Source: Squalus acanthias (lineage: Eukaryota). Taken from it: a stretch of 64,000 bases of DNA. A program made the translations under genes and the position numbers. Where the stretch lies: contig CM059432.1 in NCBI GenBank assembly GCA_030390025.1, positions 9,734,001 to 9,798,000 on the forward strand, read 5' to 3'. Under the pieces are notes generated by a model, which was not told the origin of the DNA, ran no database searches, and was given only the letters and a program-made list of their open reading frames with translations. Below, one piece after another: positions 48,936 through 60,606 of the stretch. Position 1 is the stretch's first letter, and every line of letters starts with the position of its first letter.

Positions 48936-51900
48936 CATATAAATACAAGCTCTTTTATAAAAACGAATCAAGCAAACAAACAAGTAAATAAATAAGCCCC
49001 GAAAATGATGGAAGGATAACTCACGGTTGGTCTTCTTCTTCGGTGTGTCCCGCTTCTTCCTCCTGGTCATGTTCTGCTTCCAATATAGGAGCATATATTT
49101 GGAAATCCCTCTGGGAGCCCCATGGTAAGGGCTCCAGAAGGGCGAGAAGCAAAATAAATCCCGGTCTGAAGCGGCTGCAAGGCGACTTGCAGAATCCTTT
49201 CTTGGTAGAACGGTGGATGATGCACATCAGGTGTAGGCCACTTCACCAACCTACCTTTAAAGGCGGCACGGTGCCAATCTCTGAGCTGGTGCTCGCCAGG
49301 GTCCGATCGAGTGACGGCCCATCTTCAGGAAGGCTGCCTTCCTCTTCCTGAAGTGGCACAGGAGCCGTGACATTTTCAGCACCTGAAATGAATAAAAAGG
49401 GACCAGGGCGATGTACGCTGTAAGCTGCACCAGTGCGCGGCTGCCCAGCAATCGGTGAAGGCACCGGGCAGGCCACTCACAAGCTGTGCCATTGAAGGTA
49501 CCGCTCATTTAATTAAACAAGCCACGCACCCATGGTAATAGTTAGAGGGCGCAATGGACAAGGGTTAGCTTTTAGTGCAAAGGGAGAGCCAAGAGAGACG
49601 AGCGACTGCTAAAAGGAGATGCGGTTGGTCATGAAGAGTGGTGTGGGGGTGAGATAGAAGGGAGAAGGTAAAGAGAGGGTAAGTTGTGAAGAAATCCTGC
49701 ACCCGATGTCTCCGCCAGCGTTGCCACTGCCCCCCCCACCACCCCCCCCCCCCCGCCCGTGGTATCCAACACGTTTTCATCCAGACAGACAGGGAGTGCA
49801 GACGGGTTCAGTCTCTTCCGCCCGTGGTCGCCTGCCGCAGGTTCTTACGTGACCTTCTCCTGCAGGAAAGAATGGAGTGTGTTAGTGACAGCCTCGTGGG
49901 GCGTTTAGAGAATGTGCCTGTCAAGGTGGAACAGTTCGCTTATCATAGAATCATAGAATCATAGAATGGTTACAGCACAGACTGAGGCCATTCGGCCCGT
50001 CGAGCCCGTGCCAGCTCTCTGCAAGAGCACTTCAGCCAGTCCCCCTCCCCCGCCCTTTCCCCGTAGCCCTGCAAATTTTTTTCCTTCGGGTACTTATCCA
50101 ACTCCCTTTTGAAAGCCACGATTGATCTGCCTCCACCACCCTTTCAGGCAGTGCGTTCCAGATCATAACCACTCGCTGAGTAAAAAAGTTTTTCCTCATG
50201 TCGCCTTTGGTTCTTCTGCCAATCACCTTGAATCTGTGTCCTCTGGTTCTCGACCATTCTGCCAATGGGAACAGTTTCTCTCTATCTACTCCGTCCAGAC
50301 CCCTCATGATTTTGAACACCTCTATCAAATCTCCTCTCAATCTTCTCTGCTCCAAGGAGAACAATCCTAGTTTCTCCAGTCTATCCACGTAACTGAAGTC
50401 CCTCATCCCTGGAACCATTTCTTGTAAATCTTTTCTGCACCCTCTCTAAGGCCTTCACATCCTTCCTAAAGTGCAGTGCCCAGAATGGGACACAATACTC
50501 CGGTTGGGGCCGGACCTGTGTTTTATAAAGGTTCATCATAACTTCCATGCTTTTGTACTCTATGCCTCTATTTATGAAGCCCAGGATCCCGTGAGCTTCA
50601 TTAACTGCTTTCTCAACCTGCCCTGCCACCTTCAACAATTTGTGCACATATATCCCCAGGTGTCTCTGTTCATACACCCCCTTTAGGATTGTACCCTTTA
50701 GTTTATATGTTCTCTCTTCATTCTGTCTACCAAAATGTATCACTTTGCACTTTTCTGCGTTAAATTTCATCTGCCACGTGTCCACCCATTTCACCAGCCT
50801 GTCTATGTCCTCTTGAAGTCCATCACTATCCTCCTCACTGTTCACTTTACTTCCAAGTTTTGTGTTATCTGCAAATTTTGAAATTGTGCCCTGTACAACT
50901 ACGTCTAAGTCATTAATATATATCAAGAAAAGCAGTGGTCCTAGTACCGACCCCTGGGGAACACCACTGTATACCTTCCTCCGGTCCGAAAAACAACCGT
51001 TCACCACTACTCTCTGTTTCCTGTCATTTAGCCAATTTTGTATCCATGCTGCCACTGTCCATTTCATTCCATGGGCTTCAACTTTGCTGGTAAGCCTATT
51101 ATGTTGCACTTTGTCGAACGCCTTTTAGAAGTCCATGTACACTATGTCAACCGCATTACCCTCATCAACCCTCTCTGTTACCTCATCAAAAAACTTGGAC
51201 AATTTAGTTAAACACAATTTTCCTTTAACAACTCCGTGCTGGCTTTCCTTAATTAATCCACACTTGTCCAAGTCACTGTTCATTTTGTCCCTGATTATTG
51301 TTTCTGAAAGCTTCCCCACCATCGAGGTTAAACTGACTGGCCTGTAGTTGCTGGGTTTATCTTTACACCCTTTTTTGAACAAGGGTGTAATATTTGCAAT
51401 TCTCCAGTCCTCTGGCACCACCCCCATTTCTAAGGAGGATTGGAAGATTATGGCCAGTACCTCCACAATTTCTTCCTTCACTTCCCTCAGCGTCCTAGGA
51501 TGCATCCCATCCGGTCCTGGTGACTTATGAACTTTAAGTTTACAGCCAGCCTTTCTAGTACCTGCTCTTTATCAATTTTTATCCCATCCAGTATCTCCTT
51601 TACCTCCTCTTTCACTATGTCTATAGCAGCATCTTCTTCCTTGGTGAAGACAGATGCAAAGTACTCATTTAGTACCTCAGCCATACCCTCTGCCTCCGTG
51701 CATAGGTCTCCTTTTTAGTCCCTAATCGGCCTCAACCATCCTCTTACTATCCATTTACTATTTATATGCCTACAGAAGACTTTTGGATTCCACTTTATGT
51801 TGGCTGTCAATCTATTCTCATACCCTCTCTTTGCCCCTCTTATTTTCTTTTTCACTTCTCCTCTAAACTTTCTATATTCAGCCTGATTCTCAGATGTATT

Positions 51901-51977
51901 CTTGACCTGACATCTGTCATACGTGCCCTTTATATGCTTCATCTTACTCTCTATCTCTATACAGAATTTGTTCATCC

Positions 51978-54054
51978 CTGTTGGGCATAAAAATAAAACA
52001 AAAAAGGTGACTCAACCGTGGCTAACAAGGGAAATTAGGGATAGCATAAGATCCAAGGAGAGGACATATAAATTGCCCAGAAAAAGCAGCAAACCTGAGG
52101 ATTGGGAGCAGTTTAGGATTCAGCAAAGGAGGACAAAGGGATTAATTAAGAGGGGGAAAATAGAATATGAGAGTAAACTTTCAGGGAACATAAAAACTGA
52201 CTGTAAAAGCTTCTATAGATATGTGAAGAGAAAAAGATTGGTGAAGTCAAGCGTAGGTCCCTTGCAGTCAGAATCAGGGGAATTTATAATGGGGAACAAA
52301 GAAATGGCAGACCAATTAAATACATACTTTGGTTCTGTCTTCACAAAGGAGGACACAAATAACCTCCCAGAGATGTCGGGGAAGATAGGATCTAATGAGA
52401 GGGAGGAATTGAATGAAATCAGTATTTGTAGGGAAATAGTGTTAGGGAAATTGATGGGATTGAAGGCTGATAAATCACCAGGCCTGATAATCTACATCCT
52501 AGGGTACTTAAGGAAGTGGCCCTAGAAATAGTAGATGCATTGCTGGTCATCTTCCAAAATTCTATAGACTCTGGAACAGTTCCCATGGATTGGAGGGTAG
52601 CTAATGTAACCGCACTATTTAAAAAAGTTGGTAGAGAGAAAATGGGGAATTATAGACCGGTAAACCTGACATCGATAGTGGGGAAAATGCTAGAGTCCAT
52701 TATAAAGGATGTAATAGCAGAGCACTTGGAAAACAGTGACAGGATCGGACAAAGTGAAAATGGATTTACAAAAGGTAAATCATGCTTGACGAATTTACTG
52801 GAATTTTTTGAGGATGCAACTGGTAGAATAGATAAGGGAGAACCAGTGGATGTGGTGTATTTGGACTTTCAGAAGGCTTTCGATAAAGTCCCGCATAAGA
52901 GATTAGCATGCAAAGTTAAAGCACACGGGATTGGGGGTAAGGTACTGTCTTGGATAGAAAACTGGTTGGCAGACAGAAAGCAAAGTTGTAATAAACGGGT
53001 CTTTTTCCGAGTGGCAGGCAGTGACTAGTGGGGTACCGCAGAGATCGGTGCTAGGACCCCAGTTATTCACAATATATATTAATGATCTAGACAAGGGAAC
53101 TAGATGTAATATCTCCAAGTTTGTAGATGACACAAAGCTGGGTGGGCATGTGTGCTGTGAGGAGGATGCAGAGAAACTCCAGTATGATTTGGACAGGTTG
53201 GGTGATTGGGCAGATGCATGGCAGATGCAGTATAATGTGGATAAATGCGAGGTTATCCACTTTGGTGGCAAAAACAGGAAGACAGATTATTATCTGAACG
53301 ACAATAGATTGGGAAAAGGGGAAGGGCAACGAGACCTGGGTGTCCTTGTGCACCAGTCGCTGATGGTAAGTATGCAGGTGCAGCAGGCGGTTAAGAAGAC
53401 AAATGGTATGTTGGCCTTCATAGCGAGAGGATTCAAGTACAGGAGCAAGGATGTCTTGCTGCAGTTGTACAGGGCCTTGGTGAGACCACACCTTAAGTAT
53501 TGTGTGCAGTTTTGGTCACCTTATCTGAGAAAGGATGTTCTTGCCATGGAGGGAGTGCAGCGAAGATTCACCAGGCTGATACCTGGGATGGCAGGAATGA
53601 CGTATGAAGAGAGATTGGGTCGATTAGGCTTATATTTGCTAGAGTTTAGAAGAATGAGAGGGGATCTCATTGAAACTTATAAAATACTAACAGGACTAGA
53701 CAGACTAGATGCAGGAAGTATGTTCCCGATGGCGGGGGAGTCCAGAACCAGAGGTCACAGTCTAAGGATAAGGGGTAAGCCATTTAGGACTGAAATGAGG
53801 AGGAATTTCTTCACCCAGAGAGTGGTGAACCTGTGGAATTCTCTACCACAGAAGGCAGTTGAGGCCAATTCATTAAATATATTCAAGAAGGAGTTAGATA
53901 TATTTCTTAAGGCTAAAGGGATCAAGGGATATGGGGAGAAAGCAGGGACAGGGTACTGAATTTGGATGATCAGCCATGATCACATTGAATGGCGGAGCAG
54001 GCTCGAGGGGCCGAATGGCCTACTCCTGCTCCTATCTTCTATGTTTCTATGTTT
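51978..54054 (+). mobile_element. CR1 (family A) 5'-truncated, frameshifted
   Basis: ORFs 51923-52525, 52516-53028, 53021-53959; tail ttctatgtttctatg. Confidence 0.92.
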
Positions 54055-54389
54055 ATCTCTTCCATTACAGTTTTGCCTGCCAATCTTTGATTCCAATTTA
54101 CCTGGGCCAGATCCGTTCTCATCCCACTGAAATTGACCTTCCTCCAATTAAATATTTCTACTCTAGATTGCTCCCTGTCCTTTTCCATAGCTAATCTAAA
54201 CCTTATGATACTATGATCACTTTTCCTTAAATGTTCCCCTACTGACACTTGCTCCACTTTACCCACCTCATTCCTCAGAACCAGATCCAGCAATACCTCC
54301 TTCCTCGTTGGGCCAGAAACGTACTGATCAAGAAAGTTCTCCTGCACACACTTCAGAAATTCTTCCCCCTCTCTGCCCTTTACACTTCT

Positions 54390-54618
54390 GTTGCCTTCTG
54401 TTGCCTGGGCCCTAAGCTCTGGAATTCTCTGCCTAAACCTCTCCGCCTCTCTACCTCTCTTTCCTCCTTTAAGACGCTCCTTAAAACCTACTTCTTTGAC
54501 CAAGCTTTTGCCCTAATTTCTCCTTATGTGGCTCGGTGTCAAATTTTTTTGTCTCATAATACTCCTGTGAAGCACCTTGGGACGTTTTACTATGTGAAAG
54601 GTGCTATATAAATACAAG

Positions 54619-54659
<41 letters not shown>
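54390..54659 (+). mobile_element. L2-like 3' end with long (TTG)n tail
   Basis: tatataaatacaag followed by about 14 TTG units (54619-54659). Confidence 0.8.
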
Positions 54660-54798
54660 ACTATCCCAGTCTATATTAGGATAGTTGAAGTCCGCCATAT
54701 GGCATTGCTGCAGCCCACTGGGTCCAGAAGCTTCGCCCTCCTCAGACCCAAACCCCCTGCTCTCCTCCAGGGAAGGCGTGGCCCCAGTTTCGGATGTG

Positions 54799-55739
54799 TC
54801 ACCTTCGAGACACGCAGGCGTGAGGCTCCGGCTCCTCTTCCTCTTCCTCTGGTGCGTCACTGCCAATGGCAGGTTGAGGGACAGGCTGGTCAGCTGGTGG
54901 TTCACTATCTGAAAGCAGGAAGGTACAAGAGTGGCTTTAGCCTGAGGGCAGGGGAGCAGGAAGGGAGCAACGACTGGAGACAGTTAGTTGATTGAAAGTG
55001 TAAAAGGCTGGTGTTGTGAGGGGGAAGTGGTATGAGAGAGGAGAGAAAGCTGATGAACATACTATTGCTGTCCCCAAGGGGGTCGACCTCTCCAGCGGCC
55101 ACGGCACCTATGACCTGGCTGGCAACGATCCTGTGCACTCTGTCCTCCAACTCAGTCAGGGGGTGTAGGTCCGCCAGTCCTCCTTTCGTGCGTTGCTGCT
55201 TCCGTCTGTTATGAGAGAGCTCGGCCTGCAAGAAAAAGGATAGCGTGTGAGTGAGTGCGCAGCCATGTGTTTGGCAGATGTGCCTACCATAGTTGAATAG
55301 CCGTTATTCTGTGCAGCCATGTGTTTGCCAGATGTGCCTATCATAGTTGAATAGCCATTAATGTGTGGGATCTGCATGTGAGTTGTATGAGATGGCCATA
55401 AGTCTTGGACGAGTGTTGGGCATTTTGGGGTTTTTAAACCGTCTGGGCACAGAGTGAAGTTGAGATGGAGGGATGTAGAGGTATTGAAAAGCAGGTGCTC
55501 ACCCTGACCACCCGAGTGAGGTCGTTGAACTTCTTCCGACATTGAGTGTGGGTCCTTGGCACCAGGCTTCTCGAGGAGATGTGCTGAGTCACCTCCCTCC
55601 ACACCCTTCTAAACTCCCGGGGCAATAGCCTCCTGCCACTCTCTGGGAACAGCACTGCCCGTCGCCGTTCCACTGCGCCAACCAGAGCCACCAAGGCCTT
55701 GTTGCTGAAGCAGCGAGCTCTTTCTCTGGACCTCTTCAT
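54799..55739 (-). CDS. Spliced Harbinger Myb/SANT-like gene; ~169-aa frame, C-terminally truncated by a frameshift
   Basis: join(55739-55503, 55225-55063, 54908-54799); all GT/AG sites intact; element end aattttttcccc at 56092-56103. Confidence 0.6.
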
Positions 55740-56128
55740 TACTGCTTCTAAGAGACAATTTAAACACAGGTCTCTCCAGGCCGAGATTCAAGGCTGCAAT
55801 GAGCAGGGTGTGGCTGGCCGGCAAGATGGCCCCTCCCCTTTAAGAACTGGACGGCGCCAGTCTGTCTGGCTTCCATGGTAACTGACATCGCCTGAGCTTC
55901 GGTAGCGTTCTGAGGTAGCGCCTCGCTCCCCAGACGTTAGCGCCTTAAGAGAGGTGTGTAGCGCCTGATTTGGCGCTCAAATCACCTCCAGGGGGCGATA
56001 GAGGCGAATTTTGCAGTCGGAGGCGATAATTAGCGCCGGGCGCTAAACTTTGCGCCCGGCCGATATTAGTGCCCCAAAATGGACGACACTCAATTTTTTC
56101 CCCAAAAAGTTAAAAAGTTAAAAATTTA

Positions 56129-56951
56129 GGGGGAAAAATTCGGTTGGTTAGCGCGTCCCGCTAGTGCCTCCGTGGGGCACTAACGGGGCACTAGGAACTT
56201 AGCGCCCAAGCACGGCGATTTTAGTGCCGCTCGCAAAATTGACCAATCGTTTTGCAGCGGCGCTAAACACTACCGCCACGATCTCCTGCGCCCGCAGATC
56301 GTGACATCAGTCGAGCGTGCAATGCCCCGGTAGCGCCCTGGACTAGAAATTGAGTCGCGCCCCCTGCCTTAGTGCCTGCCGCTAGGAACGACAGGTAGAG
56401 GGGAACGTTTTCAAGTCGGGAAGGGGCTGGGGGAGCGCTATTTAAAGACGGGCGCTTCCTGCCTTTTCTTGTCGGCAAAATTTTTGGTACACGCAGGTTG
56501 AGAGGGAGAGAGACGTCTGGAGAGATTTAACGTCCTCAGCACCACTTTTGAGGTTCCTAAGCGCCGAGCTCTTTCCCTGGGCCTATCCATTAGTGCTTCC
56601 AACACAATTGCTTTCGAGGTCTCTCCAGGCCGAGATTCAAGGCTGCAATGACCAGGGAGTGGCTGGCCAGCAAGATGGCCCCTCCCCTTTAAGAACTGGA
56701 CGGCGCCAGTCTGTCTGGCTTCCATGGTAACCGACATCACCTGAGCTTTGGTAGCGTTCTGAGGTAGCGCCTCGCTCCCCAACGTTAGCGCCTTAAGAGA
56801 GGTGTGTAGCACCTGATTTAGCGCTCAAATCACCTCCAGGCGTGACAGAGGCGAATTTTGCAGTCCGAGGCGAAAATTAGTGCTGAGCGCTAAACTTTGC
56901 GCCTGGCCGATATTAGTGCCCCAAAATGGGCCGTACCCAATCTTTTCCCCC
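56129..56951. mobile_element. 823-bp Harbinger non-autonomous element
   Basis: TIRs gggggaaaaatt / aatcttttccccc, canonical TTA TSD; right ~340 bp duplicates 55765-56103. Confidence 0.9.
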
Positions 56952-57144
56952 TTAAAGCTTGTGGGGGAAGTGAGGGCAGCAATGGCAGTGAGAATAGAAG
57001 GTGCAGAGTGTGTGAGCAGGAGGAGAAGGCGGTGGAGTGAAGTGATTGTAGGAGAGTGAAGCGCAGCAAAGGAGGGGAATAGCGAGGCCTCAAGTGGAGC
57101 AAACGCAAGGAGAGCGTAACTGAGGTGAGAGGTTGGAATCTTAC

Positions 57145-57335
57145 CTTGACAACTCTGGTGCGGTCATTTGAACTGTTTGCTGCATTGCAGCCTTGTCCTG
57201 GGAGCTAAGCTCCGAGCATTGACCTCCTGAACAGCGTCTTCCTACTGGTGACAGAGGCATTGCCTGGAGGGCTTTCTGTCCCTTGGAGCGGGGGGGGAGG
57301 TAACAGGGTCTCGCTCCTCCTGTCGACAGTCTGTA
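57145..57335 (-). pseudogene. Harbinger Myb/SANT exon 1 remnant
   Basis: VDRRSETL..VQEVNARSLAPRTRLQCSKQF..TRVVK|gtaag. Confidence 0.7.
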
Positions 57336-57567
57336 CATCATGTAATATTCATAAGACACTGACATCAGCATGGCCCTCAATTGTTATGCATTGGTTATCT
57401 TTCACACTACCAGCGTCAGCCACCAATGTATCACAGGGTCACAGATGTATTATTCAGCAGGGCCATTAACTTCATCACTTTCACTATTGACCAACAATAG
57501 GATCATGAGGGCGCTGTGTAATTCTTCAGAACTGGTGAGCTTTCCCAGGATCCTGAGGGTCACTGAC

Positions 57568-58218
57568 TTTATTTTTATTAATTTATGGGATGTGGGCGTC
57601 GCTGGCAAGGCCAGCATTTATTGCCCATCCCTAATTGCCCTTGAGAAGGTGGTGGTGAGCCACCTTCTTGAACCGCTGCAGTCCCTGTGGTGAAGGTGCT
57701 CCCACAGTGCTGTTAGGGAGGGAGTTCCAGGATTTTGACCCAGCACCGATGAAGGAACGGCGATATATTTCCAAGTCAGGATGGTGTGTGACTTGGAGGG
57801 GAACTTGGAGGTGGTGGTGTTCCCATGCGCCTGCTGCCCTTGTCCTTCTAGGTGGAAGAGGTTGTGGGTTTGGGAGGTGCTGCAGAAGAAGCCTTGGCGA
57901 ATTGCTGCAGTGCATCTTGTAGATGGTACACACTGCAGCCACGGTACGCCGGTGGTGGAGGGAGTGAATGTTTAAGGTGGTGGATGGGGTGCCAATCAAG
58001 CGGGCTGCTTTGTCCTGGATGGTGTCGAGCTTCTTGAGTGTTGTTGCAGCTGCACTCATCCAGGCAAGTGGAGAGTATTCCATCACACTCCTGACTTGTG
58101 CCTTGTAGATGGTCGAAAGGCTTTGGGGAGTCAAGAGGTGAGACACTCGCCGCAGAATACCCAGCCTCTGACCTGCTCTTGTAGCCACAGTATTTACATG
58201 GCTGGACCAGTTAAGTTC
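57568..58218 (-). mobile_element. 3' end of the 3944-7821 LINE family
   Basis: ORF 57631-58239 WSSHVNTVATRAGQRLG..MEYSPLAW. Confidence 0.88.
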
Positions 58219-58419
58219 TGACTGCAATGATGTTGTCAATCAGACCCCTGTGTACAAGATGGGTGCTCTATGCGTTAAAGGGGTTTTCTTTAATCCCGAT
58301 GTGGTTGTGGCATTATGACCACCAGCACAGAATCATCAAGGACAACCTCTGCTTTCCCAGAAACTCTCAATGCTTTCATTTTAAGGTATTCATTGGTATC
58401 ACCTGTATTTGAAGGGAGT

Positions 58420-58780
58420 AATGTTACATAGAATTACATAGGATGTCCAGCACAGAAACAGGCCATTCAGCCCGACAGATCCATGCCGGTGTTTATGCTC
58501 CACACGAGCCTCCTCCCACCCCTCATCAGATAACCCTATCAGCATAACCTTTCCTTTCCTTTCTCCCTCGTGCTTATCCAGCTTCCCCTTAAATGCATCT
58601 ATACTATTCGCCTCATCCACTCCCTGTGGTAGCGAGTTCCACATTCTCATCGCTGTCTGGGTAAAGAAGTTTCTCCTGAATTAGCTACTGGATTTATTGG
58701 TGACTATCTTATATTTATGATCCCCTAGCTGTGGACTCCCTCACAAGTGGAAACACCTTCTCTACGTCCACCTATCAAGC
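58420..58780 (-). mobile_element. CR1 3' fragment
   Basis: ttacatagaattacatag tail; RMWNSLPQG. Confidence 0.75.
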
Positions 58781-58787
58781 TTCGTGT

Positions 58788-59258
58788 GTCAGCTGTGGCT
58801 CAGTGGGCAGCACCCTCGCCTCTGAGTCAGAAGGTTGTGGGTTCAAGTCCCACTCCAGGACTTGATGCACGTAAATCTAAACTGACACTCCAAGGGAGCG
58901 CTGAGGGAGTGCTGCACTGTCAGTAGGTGCCGTGCTTCAGATGAGACATTAAACAGAGGTCCCGTCTGCTCTCTCAGGTGGATGTAAAAGGTCCCACGCT
59001 ACTATTTCGAAGAAGAGCAGGGGAGTTCTCCCTAGTGTCCTGACCAATATTTATCCCTCAACCAATATCACTAAAACAGATTATCTGGTCATTGTCACAT
59101 TGCTGTTTGTGGGAGCTTGCTGTGTGCAAATTGGCTGCTGCGTTTCCCACATTAGAACAGTGACTACACTTCAAAAGTATTTCATTGGCTGTAAAGTGCT
59201 TTGAGATGTCCGGTGGTCATGAAAGGCGCTATATAAATGCAAGTCTTTCTTTTTTTTT
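58788..59258 (+). mobile_element. Full-length DeuSINE/SacSINE1-like SINE
   Basis: Box A TGGCTCAGTGGG, Box B GGTTCAAGTCC, Deu core, tail. Confidence 0.9.
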
Positions 59259-59470
59259 GCCTAATCTTAAATACATCTATCAGGTCACCCCTCAGTCTTC
59301 TCTTTTCTAAAGAAAAGAGCCCCAGCCTGTTCAACCTTTCCTGATTGGTATAATCTCTCCGTTCTGGTATCATCCTGGTAAATCTTTTTTGCACCTTATC
59401 CAGTGCCTTTATGTCCTTTTTATAATACGGAGAGCAGAACTCTCCAGGGTACGCTGAGTGTGGACTAACA
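59259..59470 (-). mobile_element. CR1 RT fragment
   Basis: VQKRFTRMIP..LFSLEKRRLRGDLI. Confidence 0.8.
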
Positions 59471-59839
59471 CGTTCTGTGGAGAACGACACCAGTGAAACC
59501 AAGACTAACCTGTCCGCTCATGTCTTTTGCAATAACCATTTACAGAAGCAGAGCGCAGGTGCGAAAATAAATAATATCAAGCACACCATTAGTGTCTTGA
59601 AGCAGTGCTTCACACGTCTGAGCCAATCAGGAGTAACCCTACAGTACCACACTGCTCCCCACAGGTTGTCCAGAATAAATTGTCCTCTGCTGCATGCTCC
59701 ATACCCTTGCCCGGCAAAGGGGCCTCTGCAGGCATCTCAATGATAAGGATAACAAAGCCTAGGTTGGATAGAAGGTGAAGGTGATAATGAAGAATTGGCA
59801 CCAATACCAACAATGAGGCAAGGGAGACTGTCAATCCCT

Positions 59840-60240
59840 ACTCAACATTGAGTTCAACAATTTCAGACCACAACCTCTGCCCACATTTTTTCCAGACGGC
59901 AGCTGTTGATGATTCTGCTATTCCCATTCACACCTCTTCTAGACCCAGCTTTTGTTTCTTTACTTGTCCCATTACCATCTCCTTTAACCTCGCACCAACA
60001 TCCCTTTCGTCATTTAATCTCTCCTGCCTTCCAGCCTATCACAGACCTTCCCTTTTGTTCTTTCCTCCCCTCCACCACCGTTCCATGCCCCACACTTGCT
60101 TAAAAACCTGCTACATCTCCAACTTTTTCCAGTTCTGACAAAAGGCCATCGACCTGGAACGTTAACTCTGTTTCTCTCTCTCTCTCTCCACAGATGCTGC
60201 CTGACCTGCTGAGTATTCGCCGCAGTTTCTGTTTTTATTG
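59840..60240 (+). mobile_element. Penelope-like 3' end with degenerate hammerhead (60131-60167)
   Basis: LNIEFNNFR-like terminus; agtt-CTGACAA-aaggccatcgacct-GGAA-cgtt-aact. Confidence 0.6.
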
Positions 60241-60606
60241 TCAATCCTGAACTCATTCCGCATGCCTCCCGAGGAGTTGCACAGTCTCGCCATTCCTTAA
60301 AGAGACAAGTCACATCTGTCAAATAACTGAGCCCAAAGCATCTCGTTCTACACTTTCATACTCAATTCTCGAAAATACCTTCTGTTGCTACTTTTTATTA
60401 GTAATATTAAAGGTTATGGTCAGTGAGAAGGAGATTGGGATTAGATGAGGAGAAAAACAATGGCAAATAGGGATACGCAAAACGACCTGTAACAATCTCG
60501 TGAACATTCTGTGATTGTGATTATCGGCTCCTGCTACACTGTGAGCACTGACAAATACATACTCAGGCTAGTAAATCCACAGATTTATTTCTTTTATTAT
60601 GTAGCA

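Larger units (their letters stand above)
49943..54699 (-). mobile_element. Long decayed CR1 (family B) split by a plus-strand CR1 and an L2 piece
   Basis: ORFs 50032-51975; resumes at 54055-54390 and 54659-54699 (EFLKCVQENFLDQYV, SDH, ADFNYP). Confidence 0.85.

Noticed and set aside
55258..55362. 54-bp tandem duplication
   Set aside because: Two units only, inside a transposon intron.
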